Origin: Podarcis muralis
Lineage: Eukaryota
Assembly: GCF_964188315.1 (NCBI RefSeq)
Contig: NC_135657.1
Coordinates: 90,210,001 to 90,274,000, forward strand
Length of the DNA: 64,000 nucleotides
Reading direction: 5' to 3'
This document shows positions 36,660 to 47,687 of the stretch, piece after piece. The notes beneath the pieces are model-generated. The model was not told the DNA's origin. It searched no databases and saw only the letters and a list, made by a program, of their open reading frames with translations. Position numbers and translations under genes: made by a program. Position 1 is the stretch's first letter, and each line of letters begins with the position of its first letter.

Positions 36660-39600
36660 CTTCTTAAACAGACTGGTCCATAAGCTGTCTCATGAATACT
36701 AAAACTGAATTATTGGTGCAGGAAAGCAATGTAAGAGCCCTGGAGATTTTGTTCACATACCATGGGTCAGACCTCCTTCCGCATCGGCTGGCAATTCTCT
36801 CTAATTTTCCAGAGACCACCTCTCCACATGAATATTCCTTTTTGTTACCTGAAGCTTGGTAAGTGCATACGTGCTGAATATCAATGCGAAGCTGCACCTT
36901 TATTTATTTAATATTGAAAACAACAATTAGTATTCCTTATTTTAAAAGTTATACTAAAAGCTGCATATGCAGCTGAGAAGAGAGAGGGAAACCCAATGAA
37001 TATATTTTCAGCCAGACATGCTCTGTTTGTTGCTATCTCCCGGAATTGGACAGCAGTCTCAAGACTTCATGCTCCTTCCCTCAACCCCTTCTTCTCTTAA
37101 GAACATACAGTGGTACCTTGGGTTACATGCACTTCAGGTTACTACATACGCTTCAGGTTACAGACTCCGCTAACCCAGAAATATTACCTCGGGTTAAGAA
37201 CTTTGCTTCAGGATGAGAACAGAAATTGTGCTGCGGCGGCAGCAGGAGGCCCCATTAGCTAAAGTGGTGCTTCAGGTTAAGAACAGTTTCAGGTAAAGAA
37301 CCGACCTCCGGAACAAATTAAGTACTTAACCCGAGGTACCACTGTATTTTCCCCTCCCCACACCTTAATAGCAGCTAACAGATACATTGTGCATTAGCCA
37401 GGACATGAAATTGTTGTTTAATGTTGGGTTCATATCCTCATTAAATAGTAACCTTGGCTACTTCATGACATAAGCTTAGAATGGATACCAGTTTTCAGTG
37501 AAATTATCTGCCCTCATTTGCCTAGTCAATTTCATTCTGTAAGCTTGTCTGTTAAAACTTCCACTGCCTTTGACACCATTGACTGATGTCTGCCATATTG
37601 TGGCTCTGCAGCTAGCATGGTGAGCGCTTACAAGATTTCTGTGGGAATGCAGGATAGGTTGCCCTTAAAAATATGATATAAACTTAGTTTTGGAGTATTT
37701 AAGGCAGGATTGCTTTTGATGGCACTTTCAAAAATTAGTTCCTAATATCATTCAGCTGTCCAGCAGATATATAGTAGCCTGTCAACCCTGTTTCTTGCAA
37801 CCTTTCCAGCACTTAAGTAATAAAGAGTTTGTTAATCCTGTGAAGCTTTAATGCTTGCAAAGGCCATTGATGAGCTACATTTTACCCATTCCCTTGTGTG
37901 AAGGCTGAAATGCATTTGAATGGTGGTTGTTGTTGTTTAGTCATTTAGTCGTGTCCGACTCTTTGTGACCCCATGGACCAGAGCATGCCAGGTACTCCTG
38001 TCTTCCACTGCCTCCTGCAGCTTGGTCAAATTCATGCTGGTAGCTTCGAGAACACTGTCCAGCCATCTCGTCCTCTGTCGTCCCCTTCTCCTTGTGCCCT
38101 CCATCTTTCCCAACATCAGGGTCTTTTCCAGGGAGTCTTCTCTTCTCATGAGGTGGCCAAAATATTGAAGCCTAAGCTTCAGGATCTGTTCTTCCAGTGA
38201 GCATTTGAATGGTAGTTTGTGCCATATCCCCTTTCTGCATTACCCACACATTGTATATTTTAGATCTGTCTTCCATGTGTATCTTTGAAGTGCATAGGTT
38301 CAGATTTCGTTTGTCTCCTGAGAATTTCTGTTTCCTGTTTGTTCGGTGATGATGTATTCTTATGAAATGCTGTGACTTTGGCACTTGCCAATGCTGTCTG
38401 GTAGACCTTGTTGACTTAGCAATAAAATAAAATAATAAATCTCTTGGCAAATCTGCCTTTTGAACTACAGTCTGAAATACTCCATTGCAATATTTATAGC
38501 AAAATACTATCCTCAGAAGTTAAGTTTATTGTGTATTCATAAGTTCAGCCACTGTTGGGTTCATTGGGGCTTACTCCCAGGTAACTTGATGTAGGATTGC
38601 ACCTTCAAGAATTTACAGAATTCTTTCCATGAAATGATCTATAATTACCCTATCTTTTTATCTGAAGCTGTTTCCTGTTGGACATATTAGTTAACAGAAG
38701 TGAACTTGACACACATTGCTGGAAGTGTGAGAATCAGAACTGAATAGATTGCAAAGATTTCTGCCTTATCACTAAATGTGATATTCTTATCCTTTTAAAA
38801 ATGGTTATGAGGCAAATGTGAAGTCCTCTTGTAGTTTTGCATCTTTTAGATAAAAAAAACACCCTTCCAACCTTGGCAGCTTTTGTATTGAAGCTGAATT
38901 ATAGTACTTTCTGCTTTGTGCCACAGCCACCTATGAGTCTACAAAGGCCTTTTTTGTGCTATGTGTGGTGCCCACAGTGATTGATCCAGTTTGCAAATGC
39001 ACTGATCGTCCCAGGAAGGTTGAAGTCTCCTGTTTGGAGCTACACAAAAAGGTCAGTGTCTGGCTGTAGCTCAGGCAAAGGTCTGACCTGGAAGTATTTA
39101 TGGCCAGGGCATAATGAGAAACAGCAGTCACCTGTCAGAAGGTGGGTGCCGTTCAGGGATGCGAAAGAAAAACACTGCCCTTTCCTTTTCCACTCCTCAT
39201 CCTCAGATGGTTCCCCCATGAGTGTGACAGAGCATAGACTAGGAAGCTTGTCTTCTAAGATGAGGGCCTTTTATCAAAACAAGCCCTAAATTATGTGTTA
39301 CATAAGCACCTGTCTTTAATTTGCATTTTTTGGGGGGTCAGTGGGTCAATCCCAGGGAAAGTGAGTAAGGGTTGTCAACTGACTAGGTGAAAAACGCAGG
39401 CAAACATAGGTTTGATAAGTGGAAATCACCAGGCAGAGGTTTTCATAATAGCTGCAGTAGCTGATTCAAGAGTCAGCCACGCTAGGATGGATTAAAACAC
39501 CTGCCAGTCAAGGGATGGCTATGCCCTTAAAGGTTATCCAGTGCTGTGAAAGCATTTCATGCATTACGCTGAAGGATTTGAAGTGTTGAGCAGGCTTAAC

Positions 39601-41731
39601 ATGCTTGAATTGGTTGAAACGGAGCCAAGGAAGGCAAGAGCTCTTTGAGTGCGTCTCTAATTAAAGTTGGCTTGATATTGGCAAAGATCCCACCAGAGGC
39701 AAGACTGTTATGGCAACAAGCAATCCTTCCCCCATCCAAACTAATTATTTAGAGTTATTTCTGTGTTTCAAACCATATTATAGCAACAATTTAGAAATGT
39801 TCCTTTTTCTGAGATCATTTTCCCCACAAGAGTTTCTGCCTTCTTTAAATGGAAGGTGAAAATTCTTTGATGGTTCATTGGGAGTTCTGTGAAGGATGAA
39901 AACGTACAGGTGGCCTAGGACTGTTGGGCAGGTGGTCTAGAAATTTAAGGAGGGGGTTTGTGAAGGAACAGCCCAGGTCTCTGAAGTTTCTGCTACACCA
40001 TTGTTGCAGTTTATCAAGAAAGCAGATTTCTAAACTGAAAAGGGACTTCCTTGTTTAGCCATGCTGAGTTGCTGAAGTAGAACCTTCAGAAACATTTCCA
40101 GCTCTGCATTCAGTTATTAAAAGAAGAGCCTTTCTGGATCGCATCAGAGGTCCATCTATGCCAGCATCCCAAAGTAGCGAACCACATGCTTCCAGGAAGG
40201 CCTGGGCACGAAACCAACAGCCATATTCCTTGCTGCTTTCAAGCAACTGGCCACAAGAAGAGTCATATTGTGGCTTTGCACCTTGGGCTTCTCTGCAGCC
40301 ATTCTGACTAGTAGCCATAATGTACTTCTACACCTCCAAGCTATATCTTGTGGAAGAGAATTGCATAAATTAATTATGCACCGTGTGAAGAACTACATGT
40401 TCTCATGAAAGTGGCCTGCTTCAGCTACTATGCTGGCGAGTGGCTGAAGGAGCAGGCATGGTGTTCTCCCCTTTCTTATGGAAGTGTGTGATGTAGCAGC
40501 GCCACCCAAATGACTTGTTCATTCTTCTCCTTCTTCCTTGAGGGAACAAGGCATGGCCCCCTACTTCACCATGCACAGCCTGTTGCCTTCCAATTACAGT
40601 GGTACCTTGGTTTACAAACTTAATCCATTCCGGAAGTGTGTTCTTAAACCAAGGCCTGCTTTCCCATAGCAGCGGGGGACTCAATTTACAAATGGAACAC
40701 ACTCAACAGGAAGAGGAACATTTTCTGCTTCCAAGGCAAAGTTCACAAACCAAAACACCTACTTCTGGGTTCTTAATCCAAGTTGTTCATAAACTAAGCT
40801 GTTCTTAAACCAAGGTACCACTGTATGTGTCTGAACCAGACAAATGGGCTGTAGGAGTCTGATTCAGACCAAATCAGGCCATTAGCCCATCTCATTTGGC
40901 ATTGACTAGACTGGCAGAGGGGCTCAAGGGTTTTCTGAAACTTTTCTGGAGATGCCAGGAACCGGGATTTGCTGCTTGCAGAGCATGTGCTCAACTGCTA
41001 GGTTACAGCCCTTCCTCAATAGACTTATGAGATGGTAGTTTTTGTCTGCTTTTGGGGTTCTTTTGGTGGAATAATGCACTGATTGGCCTTATTTGTTCCA
41101 CCTGTCACAGTTTGGTATCCATCATGATCTGGAGGTGCAACACTAATGTGATACTCGCAGATTCCACGAAGTGATTCCCTTCCCACTTCCTTCCTTCCTT
41201 TCTTTTTTTAAAAAAAGGGATTATGGTTGCATTAGCACAGTTTGGTTGAAAGAAGGCTTGTTATTGCACGGACCACTCCTAATTGTAGATTAGTGCGAAG
41301 AACTAATATGCTTGCGGTGTCTGACACGAAAGCATAATGCACTATCAGACTACACAACAGTAGCTATGGGAGATATCTCTAATGAGAAGGGTCACCTCTC
41401 AATGTGACCTGGTTCAGTCGTCCCAAATTCAACACCTGGTGGTGCCTAATTATTTTACTAGTACAATGTGTTCCACTGAAAGCAAATGACATGTTGGGTA
41501 GATTTCCTGGAACCTAAATTAAAAGGCAGGAGACGCAGCCGAAAACACCATGGGACTCTTAAGTGTGTTTATGGTTCTATACAAGGGGCTGCTCTGTGTT
41601 TTTTTAAAGGTTTGAGAGCACTTCATGCATCCCATACATCTTTAGTTACGCGTATGTATATCTGTGTGTGTATGTGTGTGTATCTATATATTTATGTACC
41701 TATATCTCTATCATCTATCTATGTATCTATC

Positions 41732-41778
<47 letters not shown>

Positions 41779-44700
41779 ATCTATCTATCATCTATCGGAC
41801 TGAGATAGCTGTTGTGGTGCTGCCCTGCAGTTGCTGTTCATCTGCAACTCCTGTCATCCCCAGCCAGTATGGTGAAAGGTCAGAGACGATAGGCTTTGTA
41901 GTCCAACAACACCTAGAGGACACCCCATTGGCTATGGTATAGGAACATAGGAAACTGCTTGATACTGAGTCAAGCCCTTAGTCCAGGGGTCAGCAAACTT
42001 TTCCAGCAGGGGGCCGGTCCACTGTCCCTCAGACCTTGTGGGGGCCCGGACTATATTTTGAAAAAAATAAATAAAAATGAACGAATTCCTGTGCCCCACA
42101 AATAACCCAGAGATGCATTTCAAATAAAAGGACACATTCTACTCATGTAAAAGCACGCTGATTCCCAGACCGTCCATGGGCCGGGTAGAGAAGGCGATTG
42201 GGCTGGATCTGACCCCCGGGCCTTAGTTTGCCTACCCATGCCTTAGTACACCTAGCTTAGTATTGGCAATATTGGGGATAGATAACGTGTGGCCTCCCAG
42301 ATGTTGTTGTACCACAACTCCCATAATCTCCGATCATGGGCCATGTTGGCTGGATGTAATGGAAGCTGGAGGTCGTCAACATATAGAAGACCACAGGTTC
42401 TCCATTCTTAATCTACATTGAGTGGAGGTGGGTTTTAAGGTTCTCAGACAGGACAGTTCCTGACCCTACCTGGAACCCAAGACCTTTTGTATGAAAAATA
42501 AATGTACTCTTCTCACTGAGAAAGAGGCAGCTGTGTATTTTGTCCCATCCTTCCTCCAAAAGGAGCCCAGGAAGTTCTTATGGGTTTGGGAACCACTTGA
42601 GAATGGTGATAACTGCTCAGTCCTAATCTTGATTTGTGTAATTTTTTTTGTACAACCCCCCCCCCCCCCCGCAAACAAAGCATTACTGTTTACCAGCAGT
42701 GTAAATAAGAGTTCAGCTAAGCCAAGGTGGGAACGTCACCCCACTCTACTTGCTGTAATGGAGGGCAAAAATCTTGTGTTGAGCAAAGCCTATAAGCATT
42801 TGGGAAAGTGAGTATTCTTAAGTCTTCCCATGGGGGAAGGAGGTACATGGTGTGATACGAGTTGTTCTTGGCAGTGATATGATTGGTGTTTGGAATAGGG
42901 GGACCTCACCACCCCATCCCATCCCAATTTTTTTAAAAATTGTGTTTTTATACCTCCCTATACCCGGAGGTCTCAGGGCGGTTTCAGTTCAGGGCTTAAT
43001 GGCAATGAGATCCTATTGGTCAGGAGTGAAAGAGGATAGGTTGGAGAAGAGAGTAGTCCACTACTTTGAATGGCCTGCGGCTACTGCTGCTGCTTCAAGC
43101 AAAAAAAGGGGAGAAATTCTTGGCTATCTTGTAACGTTAAAATAAAGTAATGAGCACAGCTCTAGGTGAGAGTACCAGGGAGCAAGGATGGAGGAAGACT
43201 TCATTTCTTCTGCATTTTAATGTGAATGGACCTAGTTCACCCCGTGTGGACTTACGAATGAACATGTCCAGAATTGGCACAAATCCAACCATCTCTACTG
43301 TTCACAAAGGAGCTGAGCCAAAACTGCTTTCACAGTTTAATCTGTGTTCTTTGCCAAGTATATGTCCCCTCTTTTTATTTTATTTTATGAAATCCCACTA
43401 GTTTCCTCCCATTGCTCCCTTGAAAATTTTGATATTTTTTTGTTTGGGGCCATAGAGTCTCTAAATAGGCCTTAACAAACTAGTTCGGGAAGTTCCTTAA
43501 AAACAACAGTTCACATTTTTGTAACTGAGAGCAAAACTCAGAATGAATGAAAAAGACAAAAATGATTTTTTTAGATTGGCTCTAAGTTTAGACACTGTCT
43601 TAAGCAGTCTGTCTCTCTTAAACCAGAGGAATGCACTCATAATGATATATCTGGTGTAGATAGAATGTGTTATAATTCTATTGCATTTGATAGCTCAAAA
43701 TAAAACCCTGACTTCCAAACCTTTATTCCCCTACTCACTTCCTTGCTCAGTTCCTCAAAAGAATGTGAAGTCTTTAAAAGGTAACACACTTTAAAGGATT
43801 ATTAACCTTCTGGGGAAAATGGCATTTGCTAGTCTAAATTATAGGATTTTTATTAGATTTTATATTACCTAATTCAGGCCATGATAGCTTCTTCCTTCTA
43901 TTGTGTTGGAGTCTTTTAAAGTAAGTTTATGGGACTTTTTAACAGCGTATTTTTAGATCTTGCAGACAGGATTGTCACATGTGAGAGCACTGGTGTGCTG
44001 CGTAGTGGATAGAGAAATAAGATTACAGCGCTACATCCGGCTTTGTCACTCTTGCGAAACGCATAATGTGATTTCCTTTTTTCCCTATAAAAGTGAAAAG
44101 CCGATTAGACAACCTAATCAAAATCTAACTCATGAATGTGTGGTTTGCTCCTCGGAAGCTTTTAAAGTAGCACCAGAGATAAAACACGCTTGGCTTTGTA
44201 CTTCGGTGGCAGTTTTGTTCTCTCTTTTACTGCATTTTCTTTTAATGACGCCACCCCCAAACTTTGATCTGTAGTGGTGAAGTGCTCCTACTATATATTC
44301 AATACAGTGGTACCTCAGGTTACATATGCTTCAGGTTACATACACTTCAGGTTACAGACTCCGCTAACTCAGAAATAGTACCTTGGGTTAAGAACTTTGC
44401 TTCAGGATGAGAACAGAAATCGTGCTCTGGCAGCGCGGCGGCAGCAAGAGGCCCCATTAGCTAAAGTGGTGCTTCAGGTTAAGAACAGTTTCAGGTTAAG
44501 TACGGACCTCTTTAACAAATTAAGTACTTAACCTGAGGTACCACTGTATTGCCAAGCAGAAGGCAGCTTGCACAGCTGCATGTTTCCACTTCCTTTCCCC
44601 CAACACCCGCAGCTGTTGCATTTCACCTTAAAAATCTCTCTGGAGGATCGGGGTGACCTACAGAACTTTGTGGGCTGTCTTACTCTTATGGGGTTGCAGT

Positions 44701-45679
44701 GGGAGAGGAGAATTTGCGGACCTTGCAGCACAAAAACCCTCCGTTTGAATTTAGACAATTCCTCATTTCAGCCACACCTGTGTGGCATTTCTCTGGGAAG
44801 GTTTTAAAGCTGCCTTTTGCTTGCGAATCATTGGATAAAACCAAACGAAAAGTCAGTCTCCAGCCTAATGCTGGGCGATATCTGGGTTTCAACATTGTGA
44901 TATATCACTAGCTAAACATCACAATATACTGCGATATCACAATGTCTGAAATAAGGATGGAGATACACACAGTCTGTAGTCCGCTGGCAGTAGGAGTTCA
45001 ATATGGGTATGTCTTTAAGTTAACATCTTACATCAAAAACCTGACAGTACCAAACTACCGAAGGCTTTTCACCAAAGCCAGACTAAATGTCTTTCCCTCT
45101 GCAGTGTTGGATGGCAGGTTGAGAGGAGTTCCCTACCAGGACAGAGTTTGCTCGTGTGCTCAAGACATCGATTCCATAAATCATATTTTGTTGCAGTTAC
45201 AGATAGGTAGCCGTGTTGGTCTGCCATAGTCAAAACAAAAAAAATTCCTTCCAGTAGCACCTTAAAGACCAACTAAGTTAGTTCTTGGTATGAGCTTTTG
45301 TGTGGTATCTGAAGAAGTGTGCATGCACACAAAAGCTCATACCAAGAACTAACTTAGTTGGTCTTTAAGGTGCTACTGGAAGGAATTTTTTTTGTTTTTA
45401 CATATTTTGTTGCATTGTGCAAAATATGAGCAGGCCAGGGCTGAACTGATACTACCCTTGCTGGTACCTTTCCCGGGAAAATCAGAGGCTCACTATGTCA
45501 GGTTCCTACTGGAAGACCAGACAAATGCTAGAACGTTAGCAGTGGCAAAATTTTTATCGGTGGCTGCAAGAACAAATGAGCCCTATATTCTAAACAAAAT
45601 GCTTGATTAACCTGGAGGTAGGCTGTATGAATTGTGTGTTGATTTGTAATGATTTGTTGGGTCTCTGGACTGTAATTGA

Positions 45680-45714
<35 letters not shown>

Positions 45715-47634
45715 GGATGGAGATAGGTAGAGGCATTGGCTGGCTTCACTTTTTCCCCCACATTGTGATTTTTGCATAGCGCACACACACATCATGATAT
45801 GCGATATATTGCTAGCTCAAAAACTATGAAACCGATATCATGATATGGACTTCCGGGTGGTATATCATCCTACTCCAGCCCTTCTAGAAAGTAAGTCATG
45901 GAGTAAAGTGTGCAGGTACCTTCTAAATGATTTACGTGAAATGAGAGCGAGTTTGATGTGGCCAGCTTGTATATTTTTCCTGGTACTGTTGTTATTAGAC
46001 AGCATCAGCATGTGTGTGTAATCAATATTGTGTTACCTTTGCCGTCAGGACCAGCTGAACATTGCTGGCTTCCTATGATAATCATAAAGCTGTTAGGGGT
46101 GGTTGTTTCTCTGATTATATGTTAGGCTACACCCTCCATGCCAGCCATTTTGTATTATTGCAGGTGCCATTGCAGCCATTTTTGTTGGATCAATCCATCA
46201 ACCTCTATGGATGATTTAGAAGGATTGGGTCCGACATCACTTTTGCTGATCGTGTGTGCACGATCCATACTCAGCAGAGTCACATTTCAACGCAGCTCCT
46301 CCCTTGGAAGCATCTTTGGGGTTGAAGGTACACACAGTAGGCAATAGACACTCATGGACACCATAAAGATTCAGTCAAGTATAGAAGTTTACTTGACAGG
46401 CATAAAAGCAAATTGGTAGCAAATATATACAGACATTCACTGCTGCCATGGTAAAGGCATGCTTAGAGTCCAACAAGAGTCCAAGACTCTCTCTCTCTCT
46501 GCTTCTCTAAAAGCAAGGCGCAAGCAAGAGACAACAAGTTTCACAGAACCGTTATTGGTACTTCCTGTCACACTGTGCATGTCCAAAAAACAGTTCCCAC
46601 AGAAAACATCCTTGCATAGACAACACAATCTCAGCCTTCTACTGCTACCTGAAACTTCTTCCCTGTTTCTGGAACAAATGATTCTCACACACAGAGAGAA
46701 AATATCCAACAATTTTGTGACTGGTGGCCCTAGCACTCTCAAAATTTGAAATGTGTCCACTGGTTCACAAACTGTTAGCAAGCCCTACTCATCACCTCCA
46801 ACCACTGCTGGCTGGGGCTGATGGGAGCTGTGGCCCAAAATTTCTGCCAGTTTGGCGAAAGTATCTTTAAAGAATGTGTTTTACGAGGAGGTTTGACAGA
46901 GGACAAGTTTCTTCCTGATAATACAGAGCAGCACTGCAGAATCACAAAGGTGAGAGTGGGAGGACAGGAAAAAAGGGCCGACGGTGGATGAAGCACTAAC
47001 ATTTTGAAAATGTATTTTCCTCTTAATGTGAGTTCAGGGTCAGCCTATATTTCCAGCAACATCTCGTCCAGCTATATTCTTGGCTGTCAGACTGTTGTCA
47101 CCTTCTCTCCCTCTTCGCTTTCATCCTGATAATAGTCATATTTGTGAGCTATTTGGCATTGCCAGAAGGCAGAATTTGTTATCTAGCTAAATGGCGATAT
47201 TCCTTCCTTCCCCCTAAAACTCTTTATCTCGCCCTCCCTCTTCTCTCTTCTCCCTTTTCCATTCCCTCCTTTAAACGCACACAGACACGGGGAGACAGAA
47301 TAATGAAAGCATCAACTTCGGACAAGTTTGTTTTCAATCTTGGTGGGATGCAGCTGATCACTGAAAGCATAAATTTATTACCATGACTAACAAAACAGAA
47401 ATTTTAAATTATTATAGCAAAATGATTCGGCTTCCGCCTTCAGTTGCTATGATAAAAATGGTGCTGTTTCTGAGGCGGTAGATACAGAACTTTGAGCCTC
47501 TATCCTCAAAGCTCTGTACCTGTCACCATGGAAACGGCTTAATTTTTATCAGAACAATTAATGAAGGCGGAAGTTGAAACATTTTGCTATGAGAATTTAA
47601 ACTTTGTTTTGTTAGATGATAGTCTGTCTATCTG

Positions 47635-47687
<53 letters not shown>

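Larger units (their letters stand above)
44966..45712 (+). mobile_element. Non-LTR retrotransposon 3' fragment (CCHC zinc-knuckle C-terminus, clade uncertain) with (GATT)n tail
   Basis: RRLFTKARLNVFPSAVLDGRLRGVPYQDRVCSC...NHILL|HCAKYEQAR...; exact TSD AAGGATGGAGATA at 44953-44965 and 45713-45725. Confidence 0.8.
44866..45882. mobile_element. DNA-type MITE (ctgggcgata ends) hosting nested insertions
   Basis: The halves 44866-44965 and 45713-45882 rejoin through the 13-bp TSD AAGGATGGAGATA. Outer ends approximate. Confidence 0.6.

Noticed and set aside
12550-44546. CRISPR-like or tandem array suggested by recurring caggttaagaac units
   Set aside because: The recurrences are dispersed copies of a eukaryotic MITE with internal sub-repeats; there is no repeat-spacer periodicity.
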